Assembly: GCA_965235115.1 (NCBI GenBank)
Contig: OZ249438.1
Span: forward strand, 23,436,001-23,500,000
From: Laetmonice hystrix
Taxonomy: Eukaryota
DNA length: 64,000 nt
Direction: 5' to 3'
This document shows, one piece after another, positions 51,013 through 62,039 of the stretch. The translations under genes were made by a program, and so were the position numbers. Each line of letters begins with the position of its first letter. Positions within the stretch are counted from its first letter, which is position 1. The notes below the pieces were generated by a model. That model was not told the origin of the DNA. It did not search any database and saw nothing but the letters and a program-made list of their open reading frames with translations.

Positions 51013-54000
51013 AAGGGCCTGGCTTTACATTTTTCCTTTACTCTCGCGGAAATATTGACTCGGATCTACGTAGAATAAATTGATAACGTATGGGTTTACG
51101 GTGGTATGCCTATATCTGTCGACTTCTGCGTGCCTCTCCCACGTTTTTTCTCCCTTTTTCATGCCTATAGAATAATACTAGATATGACCAATAAATTGAA
51201 AATATGTGGCACAACTGTGTATGCGTGATTACGAGGCAATCTGCGTATATACAAAGGAAGAATTGAACCCAGAGGAAATTGTACTTGACATAATACCTTC
51301 TCTCAATTGAATGATGGAAACTTGGGGCAACCAATGTTTGGTATGCTGCCTTTTCTAATAGAGACACAAATTAAACGCAGTTTATCTGGCTGTGTGCGCT
51401 GTCTTCGTGTGTTCATTCGTCGGCACATCGCCACGCCCATCGCCATATGATTACTCCAAGCAGAGTAAAATATTACCTCTCAAATATCTGTTCGATGCAA
51501 TATAGAGGCTTAAATTACTCACAATATGACAAAACACTTTTTCAACGACGACATGAGAAACAACGCAATATGAGCGGTTCAAATGCAATGCCTTGTTTGC
51601 GCACGTGTTGAATGATAAGTAGTTTAAGAAAATGGACGTTTGTGGCAGGCGCCGAAGGCAAAGGGAGTGGGCGCTGTCGGCTAGGTTAATTGATTGGTGT
51701 AACGTGTGCCGAGGGCAGAGCCAAATCAGTTCTAATGACTTGTGTAAACACGACACCCCTTCATCACAGCCTTCCGTCACCGGACGCCGGTGGAAAATTA
51801 CTATTTACTGAAAAAGATGAGTGAGGCGGAGAAGGAATAATAGGCAATATGACAACGTTTCTGTTGGCAGTAAGGACCAGAAAACGTGGGGGCCCACCAG
51901 TCACTGTGTCATAAGATGCCTTGTCATAGGACCTCGGCCAATGATCAGGTTTATTCGCTGGAACGTTGGGGATCCGGACACTGACTTAACGCACGCCCTT
52001 CTACCTCGTCTCATTAGCCAGGCAATCGGGTCAGCTGACATCAATAAGGTAACGGTAAGCATATTGTAACCAGAGCACATTCTTGCTGATCATTGGGCAG
52101 CCATGCTATGTGACCCATTTTGACCATATTGATGTCATAACAAGTGAAGAGGAGAGATGAATGTTGAACGGAAATGATAACCTTGCAACATCACAAGGGG
52201 TCTGTTTCCCTTTACAGACAAAAAAAAGTCATGAAGTTAGCAAAAGTTGAACAGAATTATCAACTGACCTGCATGATCCATTGCCAGGTGTGCACATGCC
52301 AAAGAGACATAGAGGGACGGAAAGAGAGAGTATATTGCGTTTTCCAGAATGTTCCTGTTCCCATTTTTCTTTAACAGCGCCCTAAATTTTGTTTTCACAT
52401 ATACTTGTCACTTCGACCGGAAATAAACAAACCCCCTCCCCTTTTGGATACACGTAGGGATAAATCATCTCGGCGTTGGGAACTACAGCTCCGTAGGAAC
52501 TTGGTTCAGGCCAGGTATGACCGAGCGGTTGGATGCGTGCTAGTTGATCTAGGCGTAAATCTATGGCCACAGCCCTGATCTTTGCGGTATAACTAAATCT
52601 GTGGACACATCTAGCTGATATTGGTGGACAATCAACGGACACATCTAGCTGATCTTGGCGGGCATAAATAAATCTACGGGCAAATCTGCTGATTTTTACG
52701 AGAGATTTTCCGCCGAACCGATTCTATCTAGATGTTAGTTTGTAACAGGCCCAGGTTTACTCCACAGCAGCGATGAATCAAAACGCAATTGTTAATTGAT
52801 GTTTGCAAATTTATCGTCCATTGCATGTGCATCAGAGCGAGATTGTCGTTCTGTCACGGTTCACCGTTTACAATATCTGCACCTCCCCCTGCCCGAACAT
52901 CGCCAATTATTACCGCAGGGGAAAGGTAGCCTTTCATCTCCCCTCCCCCCCCCCTCCGATACAGACCTTAACCGGTTTACGGGTCACTCTCAAACTATCA
53001 ATGGTCTAATTATGTCTCCCAACAAATCCAACTCGTGTGGAAGTCATTCCATACTGACTATACACGTGACTTTCTCAACATGTCAGTTATTTCTAGACAG
53101 ATTATTGAACAAAACGGATTTGTCCATTTGGACGGGAGTATATGTAACCAATGGAGTGGGTGACGCGATAACCGGACTCACATCTGTTACCACTGCCTAC
53201 ATTAGGATTGGTTTGTAAGACAAACCGCATTGATACGTTGGGGGCCAGTATATTGCACGCTACAGATGGCAGCATACAAATCTCCCCCAGTCGTTAAAAC
53301 CAATCACAAAGTATGTTTAAGATAAACACATAGGGAAAATGTGTTATTTCTTGATGAGCATTGCAGGAGCTCATATCACCACTGCTAGTTGGACTGTCAT
53401 CGTGAGTATAGACTCATGATTAGTATCATCTGGATGGAAGTTCCATGGAAGTTGAAATCGTGCACGATTACTGACGTGTTATCTAGGGGCCGAACGCGGT
53501 GTACATTATAAGCTAACACAAGGCTAGTGATGGGCGTGCTACCTGAGGAGCCTGGGGGGAAGGGGAACTCCGTCCACACAGAAACCATACTCCTTCATGC
53601 AAAATGTGAATAATGTCAGGAGTTCTTGATTGAATAGATACGATACATGTATATAAAACTTTCAAAAAATATAGATCTCCAGTTTATTCAATCGGCAATC
53701 GCATTAATATAAAGGCATTTGAGTCTTTTTTTTTGGTGGATTTAGATATTAATTTATATCAACACAAATACTTTGACAGTTTCCAATTTCCAATGAATTT
53801 GGATGAAGTATCTGGTAACGGGACGTGCGACAATAGGCACATAGAACAAAACACTTGCCTGGAATTAGAAGTTGTGCAAACAAGTTTTGATGCAGTCTTT
53901 CTTGAAATATAGCTAAATGTTTCTCTCCGAAAATGGGGGGGGGGGGGGGTTCCTAACGATGTGTAGGTAAACAAACACGTAATCCCTTGTCTCCTGTATT

Positions 54001-56844
54001 ATTAAGCCTAAGTAGTTGTAGCGTTAACGTTACCTAAAGAAATCAGTTAACATATCCAAAGTTTGGTGACTTTCCAAAGTTTCGTATCATATAGTATTAC
54101 ATAAAGATGAAGAGAAGTTTGCAGTTCAACTATTGCTTGATAAAAGGAAGTAGGGATTCATTGTGTGTAATTTTCACTTTTCTTTACAGCTGGTGTTCTT
54201 TTTTTATGACATGAATCGCTGCATTTTAATGTTATGCGATACCAGAGTGGCTTCCTGATGCAGGTCATGTATTCCTTTTATTACATGAGCTATTATTTGT
54301 TTACGGACTCTCTTTAACGTTGGATTTGTTCGGTTTGGAGTAAGGGGGCGTAACTTATTCAATTGGACATAAAATCACGAGGGAAGGGCGGCTAACTGAG
54401 GTCAGTGTGGCAAACGAACAAAAGAACACAGAAATAAAGACACACATCACGACTAAAGAACGGCTGATGGGCGGCGTGTTTTGTATTTTCGAAAACGGCC
54501 AGAGCAAAGGCTTTGGTGGCAAGGGGTAAAGTGATCTGGATGGAGTGTAACGTTTCGGAGAGACACGTGGCTCGCTGGAATTCGGCCGTGTTGCCTCCAC
54601 TCGAGCACCATCACGACTGGTCCGTGAGTAGATGAGGCAAACCGTGGTCTGAACCACACGGCCTCCCTCAGCGCCTCCTCTTACAGTTGACAATAATCAG
54701 TATGGGGAGAGTAAGCGAATGGGCACGTGCGCCCAAACAATGTGCCACACGTAGGGGATGATTAGAGTCGTCTCAATTTGATAAGGCGAGGTTTTTACCG
54801 GTGTAAGTAACTTCAGGCGCCCACGACTCCCAACTCTAACTCACCCTCTTCAAGCACCCCCCCCCCCCTATAGTATGTACCCCCCTCCCCAGCCACCTGA
54901 CATCAAATGTCCAGGGTGAGGTGACCTTTCACCTTTTTGTAGGAGTCATCAGGGCGAGACTCGGTATATGATTCAGCAATCTCTTGACATTATGAAGCTA
55001 TTCCAGTTGTTTTGATAGCTCTCCTCTCAGAGCAAGTTGAGTGGTCGTCGTGGGGTATGACTGAAGAGCTTCCTCACAATAGCGACACTAAACAAGAGGT
55101 TAGCATTGTAATGTTCCATCTGTCAACGGCTACTACAAAGACGCCCCGTAGATTGATATGCCGTCGTCGTGTTTGTCCTAGCTGACTGATGTGCCCAGAC
55201 TTGGCACCGGGTTTTGGCAGCGACTCTTCCCTCGATGAATTCAGTACCGGACCAGCCAGCTACAGACCAGACTAGGGGTCCTAGACTGAAGCCGGGACCC
55301 TAACTCGCTGATTGCCTGATCTCCGGAACCATTGCAAGGACCATCCTGCTGCCAAGGATAACACCACAAGAGACGCCCAGTGCCTTTCGTACCGAAGACC
55401 TTCTGCTGGCTATTGTCTCGTTTCCAACTTAATCAACCTTGAATGGTGTAGCTTGCTCTGGGCCCAGACCGCACCTTTTGAAGTATATCAATCAAAAGGG
55501 GCCGATTTCGCCGGGCCGGGTCAGAACTGGTGTGGAGATGTTATGAACAAGGGACAAAGGCATGCGTGTTGGTCAGCACCGGCCAGCGGTGCAGTTCTTA
55601 AATATTTTCTTGGTCTTAATTTACTAAAGGGCTCTTTCTGTAGTGGTCAAGTTCGCAGTGGAATAAACACTGTGAGAAAGGCTGACATAGAGGCGCCAAC
55701 AAAGAACTTGAGCCAACTGGAACACTTGCCCGCCAAAAACGGTGCCAAGACTCTACCTGAGACGTTGGTCTACATCTCTGTGAAATTGGACACACTCCTT
55801 CACTTTTATCTACCAGTGAGATGCCTTTCATCTTCATCAGGGAGCACACTACCTATGCATACAGACATGAAAACTTATAAACTGAGTTCGCATGGTAATC
55901 GATAGGTTTCAATTCCACCTAAGTATAGTCGGGTATATTGTAAACACATGTTATCCTCTAATGGCCCAGGCTACATGACGATATACCATTAGTTGATGTG
56001 TTAGGTGCATGACTGCGACAGCTGGAATGCAGGGAAACTTATACGACGCACTGGCCGAGCATTTTCTTGCTTCTGTGAAGGACGGGCCTATAGAAATCTA
56101 GATCAGCGAAGAAGGAAAGATAAAAGATTTATAAATGGCCAGACGAAAGCAATTCACCCGTGCCAAACCAGTTTCTAATTTCTCTCCGGATTTCACACCA
56201 ATGACTGACATGATGGTTGGCAACTGCACCAGCGACGTAACTCTATACCCCGTCTGCTTTAGCATACCCTCACCTGATTTCTCTACACAAAAGACCAGGG
56301 GAAATTGACAACATGTTAAAATGAAATCGTTTTTTTCTGGCCTATTTTCTCTTGCCTTTTTATTTCGAGTTTAGATCGATTAATTCTTTGTACCCCCTAA
56401 ATAAATGATTGTCACGTTTTTTAGGCAGTAGAAACGATAGTCTCCTCTCATTATTTATGTTAACAGATTCGTTCTCTTTTCTGCGTTAACCGAAGTTATC
56501 GGAGATTAACTCACTAATTAATCCAGGATTATTTTTTTAAGAAGTTAAGGACTAATCGGAAATAATCGCATTCCAAAATACCTCAATCCCTCTTCGGTAT
56601 AGAGCTAAGCCCAGCATGTTTTTCACGGTGCATGAGGCCTCTGTAGCCGGAGGGTGACGTTTTTGTCGAGGTACACCATTAGACGGTCCATGTCGACCAT
56701 GCACCACCCCTATCCCCCTCGGGGTCAACGGGGGTCACTTGACCGGGACCACTGGTATACAAAGTCAGATTATGTATTTGTAGGCAGTTGGCTTTCAGAA
56801 CACCCGTCTCGTGGATAGGATCAGGGCGACACGGCAGGATCGGG

Positions 56845-56859
56845 CCGGTAGGTGGCGCT
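56845..56859 (+). promoter_or_regulatory. CTCF-like motif CCGGTAGGTGGCGCT
   Basis: Matches the CCASYAGRKGGCRS core with G at the A/G position; binding untested. Confidence 0.4.
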
Positions 56860-56884
56860 TAGCGGCGGGGTAGGGGGCGGAACG

Positions 56885-57612
56885 GGGTACGTGAACGCCT
56901 CAACAAGTGAGTATCCTGGGTACGTGAACGCCTCAACAAGTGAGTATCCTGGTTATACGTGACCGCCTCAACAAGTGAGCATCCTGGGTACGTGACCGCC
57001 TCAACAAGTCAGTATCCTAGGTACGTGACCGCCTCAACGAGTGAGTATCCTGGGTACGTGACCGCCTCAACAAGTGAGTATCCTGGGTACGTGACCGCCT
57101 CAACAAGTGAGTATCCTGGGTACGTGACCGCCTCAACAAGTCAGTATCCTAGGTACGTGACCGCCTCAACGAGTGAGTATCCTGGGTACGTGACCGCCTC
57201 AACAAGTGAGTATCCTGGGTACGTGACCGCCTCAACAAGTGAGTATCCTGGGTACGTGACCGCCTCAACAAGTGAGTATCCTGGGTACGTGACCGCCTCA
57301 ACAAGTGAGTATCCTGGGTACGTGAACGCCTCAACAAGTGAGTATCCTGGGTACGTGACCGCCTCAACAAGTGAGTATCCTGGGTACGTGACCGCCTCAA
57401 CAAGTGAGTATCCTGGGTACGTGACCGCCTCAACGAGTGAGTATCCTGGGTACGTGACCGCCTCAACAAGTGAGTATCCTGGGTACGTGACCGCCTCAAC
57501 AAGTGAGTATCCTGGGTACGAGACCGCCTCAACAAGTGAGTATCATGGGTACGTGACAGCCTCAACAACTGAGCATCCTGGGTACGTGACCGCCTCAACA
57601 AGTGAGTATCCT
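56885..57612. repeat. Minisatellite, 33-bp unit x 22 (gggtacgtgaccgcctcaacaagtgagtatcct)
   Basis: Tandem copies; one 35-bp unit near the start; source of the VTASTSEYPGY-repeat ORF. Confidence 0.97.
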
Positions 57613-58754
57613 GAAATTGATAGCCAGAGTACGAACATTATGTTAATATAGGTACATACATCGTGCACATAGAAGTACAGTGATGCGGCCATAATTTTTC
57701 GTTTGCCCGTTATGGACCTCGGCTGTGTCATATTATATTCATGGTCTTTGCCGTCGGTGACCGGGTCTGGACTATACGCGTAAACGAAGAGAAAGATGTT
57801 TAGACCGACCAATCAGGCCTACTTCCTAGGCACATAGGGTCGTATATAGAGATATTACGTCTTCTGCTATATATTACAGCGATAGGCCTGTACTCAGAGA
57901 TGATGAACCCAACCTGTTGTTTGCCCCAACCCCACCCTCAGCGTGTATAGACCAATTCCACCTGTTCCCCGGTCTTTTGTTGACAACAAAATATTTTCAA
58001 TAAAAGTATAGGTTACTTCACTCAAGCGAAACTGAGCGACTGTGTGCACACCCATACAAGGAGAATGGTGGGGACTTGACTTCGTGTGCCGCCTTTTACA
58101 GTGCCTGCCAATAAAACGATGATGCCAGGTCAGTGAGGGAGTGTTTGGTCTGGCGGTGAGGGAGAGCGAGTGTGGTCGGTGAATACAGCGAGCAGTCCGG
58201 GCTTTGAGCGCCACGCCGCCTCCGTTTGATGGAGTACCGTCAGGCCACTGGTGCGGAACACATGTTGGCACAAAATGAACAAATGTTATCTCGCACAGAG
58301 ACTAGTGAATATCACAGATTACGATTAGCCTATCTGATGTGAAGTTTATAAATGCTTGAAGTATTTCATGTACCGGTATAGGGGGCAGCATAGGCCTAGA
58401 TTTCTACTTCAGAATAAATGAGGTTTAAGGTGAATGATTGGTGACTGGTGGGGGTGGGGAAGAGGGTCCCTTCATTCACAATAAAATAATCATAAGTCAT
58501 TTCTCATTCTTCTCTCCAAATACTAAGTGGTAAATAAGGTTAGTAATTCAAGGCCCCTCACATTCATGGATTGATTATTTTAACGTAAACTGCCTATAGG
58601 ACGAATGTATTAGCATTTATTCCCACGTATAATGTTTAAGGTGATCAAGGTGTATGTATTCCGTATTCCGAGACCAAGTGCGTGGTGACCCCTCATTATT
58701 ACACGCAGCAGATGGTTGTTATTCGACATGCATGGCCAGAACAAGGGTGAGCAA

Positions 58755-59210
58755 CCTTTGTTTTCGTTTCGGACCCGACCACTGTGTCAAAAGGTAACTT
58801 TAATCAGTTTGGAACAAGAGATCTCAATGGGACCTAACATAAAGGAAGCCAGATCTGCCTATAATCACTCCCTTGACACAGGTGTTCATCAGATCCTTTG
58901 CCTCTTAATACTTTCCCCCCGTAGTATTGCTCAGGACAGTCACGGCATTTGACTTCTGAGAAAACCGAGATGTCGGTAAGAACAGTGGGGAGAGTACCAG
59001 ACAATGCCTAACAAAGTACCTGCCCTTTTAATGGACGCCTTGCCAGAGTCGAGCCAAGACTGTGGTTATGCAATTATCACCAAGTCCCGCTTCGAGTAGC
59101 GAGAAATTAATAAGAGAAATTCGATGCATTACCTGTTGAAAGACACGTGCAGCAGGGTTCGGTGGGCATTGCCGTATTTGATGGGAAAGCATCAGATAAC
59201 GAATTTGGGG
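58755..59210 (+). mobile_element. Decayed non-LTR retrotransposon (L2/CR1-like) reverse transcriptase fragment
   Basis: In order, with stops and frameshifts: FSFR, HSLDTGVHQILCLLILS, DSHGI*LLRK, WLCNY...RV..N...DALPVERHVQQGSV...F. The last block is in register with the remembered W..SYL..R.Q.V......D.LPV..GVPQGSV RT consensus. Confidence 0.6.
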
Positions 59211-60157
59211 AAACCTAATCAGTTGCCTTGACATCTGAAGTCTGACATGCAATGTGAAGAACTACGATTATTGAGTATTATAGGCATCACGACGTGGGTC
59301 TCTTACTTTTTACTTTACCAACAAATCTTAGATCTGTACAACACGAACATAGACATTAGAAGTGTTAATAAATGATTCAAGAACTCATGCAGGCCTAGAC
59401 CTTTAAATCTGTATCTTTGGGTCTATACTATTGGACGGAGAATTTCTCATCCTTGGCAATATACTAGATACTAGTCTATAGGCGGGCTATAATATGGGCG
59501 CATATTCCGACCGGATAACCACGATTTAGACTAGTCAACCTTGATATAGCCTAGGCCTACTGTTCAGAATGTCGGAAGCAGAAAAGAAGAGGGAGTGTCG
59601 GGGCAATTTGCTCTGACAAGAGTTATTTAAATGGTGAAGGTGTTATGGTATAGGTAGCCTACTTCAAAAAAAAGAGGAGGACGGCCTTCCGCCGGTCTGT
59701 TCCGACATCATGCCTTTTTTTACTCGCCGTGAAGATGGCCTTTTGCCTGGGGACCTAGGTCCTATAATGGATCTAGGGCTTATAGAGGCAGATCATTATA
59801 AATATAGGAACTAGGAAACTGGGGGGGGGGAGATCTGGCTACCCGGTGGTCTGCGCAGGACCAATTCTGAAAGATGTAATGAAACTCCACCCCATCACGT
59901 TGCATGCAACCCCTCACTGCACCAACACTGCCCATTCTCCCCCACAGACATAGGCCTATGCATGCCTAGATAGCTACTCTATCGGATAGATCTACAGATG
60001 TATGTTATTTTGCAGGTATCTATTTAGAAGATATGTTTGAATATTCTCACTTTAAAGGCGATAGGCATTTCTCTTCTTCTAAACGGGTCAGCTCGGCCAG
60101 CTCAACCCGTCGGCCGAGGAGCCTGCGGGACTGACGAGGCGGTCTCTCGATGAATTA

Positions 60158-60175
60158 CACTGCCCCCTGGAGGCG
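60158..60175 (-). promoter_or_regulatory. CTCF-like motif CGCCTCCAGGGGGCAGTG (minus strand)
   Basis: Close match to the CTCF core; binding untested. Confidence 0.45.
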
Positions 60176-61059
60176 ATAATGGGTCTTAATTTTGAACCGT
60201 GTACAATTGCTTATTTTCAGACTTTCAGCAACTCAAGGTAAAATAAAATGAAACGAAATGCATAAATATGTGATTTTGTGGTCTCATCTGATAGAGAACT
60301 AATAGGGCTTTCAGAAAATCAAGGGTTAACCTCCAGGGTAAAAAAAAAACAACAGTGAAAAATGACCTTTTTTGCATTACAGTCAATTCTCCATACCTTT
60401 CCCTTGCATCTAAAAACCACCTTACATTTGGTAAATGTGGAGTAGCAGACGTAGGGGCCTATCTTAGTCAAAATTTCAGAGGGGTTTCAAAAGCCTGCAA
60501 TAAATAGGCCTACCATTGTTACCAGAACAATCTGAAGAGGCTGAAGTAGCTGAACGAACTTACGGTGTGGAAACTATAATGCTTCCCAGTGAAATTTCCA
60601 GGTACATTTGGAAACTTTCAATGCTGCCTAAATTCAGTGCTTCAGTCACTCAAGTCCTCCTAGAAAAATCGTGAGTCTATTTTGCAGGCATACGGCAGAA
60701 GGCGGTTTGAAGTAATATTAGGCCTAGGCCTATAGGCCTACTATACTAGATAGCCTAACAATCACGCACGTTCGTTCGCGTTGGTCTGCCAATTGACAAA
60801 AAGGTGTTGTAGTTTTCTTTTTGGGCCTAGACATAGACATATGCAAAGGATGAAAAGGTTTAACCGTTTTATGAATGCTAGTTTGTAAGAGAATCGTCTT
60901 GGTGAGCACAAAACTGATGTCAGCGTACAAGGCTTTGTGTTATGAAAACGAACGTTCGGTATGGAAACCTACAGGTGCATACAAAAAGCTGGCCACCTAG
61001 CGGAGATCCGGGCAATTCGCAAGGAACGCAGGCTGTGCTATTTTTCAGGAGTGAGGAAG

Positions 61060-61230
61060 CAGTGGCGGATCCAGGGGGGTGTCGGCGACGTCCGGACCCT
61101 CCCTCAAATTTGCCAAATTTAATTTTTTATAACCAAAATGCCTTTTGGTTTTACAACGGACCACCCCCCCCCTCGATTTGCCTTTTTGTCGACCAAAATC
61201 GCTTCAAAAGTATAAAAAAAAAAAAAAAAG
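61060..61230 (+). mobile_element. Truncated MITE-like fragment starting CAGTGGCGGATCCAGGGGGG
   Basis: 5' end resembles the CAG(T/A)GGCG termini at 42442/42844; no partner TIR found; ends near an A-run. Confidence 0.4.
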
Positions 61231-61294
61231 GCCAAAACACCGGGCACCGAGTTGGTAGGCCTAAGTAGGCGCTATACCCCTGTTATTCTGCCTA

Positions 61295-61372
61295 TAATGC
61301 ACCCGATTGCCTACAGGGGACACTCCTGGACAGAATATTATTACTGCCCCCTGTAGGCAATCGGATGCATTA
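61295..61372. other. 78-bp inverted repeat (25-bp arms, one mismatch, 28-nt loop) 40 bp upstream of the TMEM160 start codon
   Basis: TAATGCACCCGATTGCCTACAGGGG (61295-61319) versus CCCCTGTAGGCAATCGGATGCATTA (61348-61372). Confidence 0.9.
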
Positions 61373-61412
61373 ATATATTCACACCAGAGGGCAGCATGTA
61401 TACGCCTTCAAT

Positions 61413-62039
61413 ATGGCCGCGCCCATGAGGAGGGCAACGTTAGGTTGCCTGAAAAATTATTTCCAGATATCCTCACTTTCCTTATCGCAGAACACCCTGT
61501 TGTGTGATACATCCCGAGACGCATTGACTGGTGTATCATTCCCCTCATGTGTTTGTCCCTGTCGACAACTATTCACACAACAACCCAGTGATTTTGTTAG
61601 CCGGCAGGTCTGGGAACACGACATCGTTGACGTTAGGAAAGCGCCCAAAGTGGCCAGAGTGGCCAACAGAGTCCGATGGGGTCCTACGGGACCCTCAGAA
61701 ATGGTAGGAATGTTTAGACAGCCGCTGTCTCTCGTTCGGACATTATCGTCTTCTAGTAAGAAAACTGTTTCCTGTCCATCTCTGAATCAACAAATTTCGA
61801 GTCAACATTTTGCCGGACGTCCAGCACTGGCAGCAGTCCCGCCGGCAGTCGCACTTTCTCTAGGACCATGTTGGACGACACAGGCAGCAAAAACTGCCGG
61901 GAAGATTCCTACCCACTGCTCTCTGCACAACTCCAGACGTTCATACCGAGCACGGAAAGGGCAAGACGAAGAGAGTGAGACATGGCAAGAGACACTAGAG
62001 CGGCAGAGATTAGAAGCAGAAGAGTTGGACTATGCATGG
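61413..62039 (+). CDS. TMEM160: TMEM160 coding exon 1 (209 codons, MAAPMRRATLG...ELDYAW)
   Basis: ATGGCCGCGCCCATG start context, no acidic residue in the first 31 aa (presequence-like), donor TGG|GTGAAG at 62040. Confidence 0.75.

Noticed and set aside
52509-52570. tRNA- or SINE-head-like sequence GGCCAGGTATGACCGAGCGGTTGG...TGGCCA
   Set aside because: A-box-like start but no B box or T arm; cloverleaf cannot be completed.
55312-55905. 197-aa ORF
   Set aside because: TTG start, no recognisable motif or splice signals.
56959-57651. 230-aa ORF of VTASTSEYPGY repeats as a mucin- or adhesive-like protein
   Set aside because: Entirely a 33-bp minisatellite. GTG start, a frameshifting 35-bp unit upstream, no signal peptide or acceptor, and most unit variants are non-synonymous (E/Q, G/R, Y/H, T/N, V/E, P/H).
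11009-58627. Su(H)/CSL sites (YGTGRGAA)
   Set aside because: About 9 seen versus about 8 expected by chance; no paired-site arrangement.
5221-59445. 10-11 nt matches to 5' ends of miR-1994 (5221), miR-87 (~19809) and miR-184 (~59433)
   Set aside because: Matches stop after the seed region and no precursor hairpin is evident.
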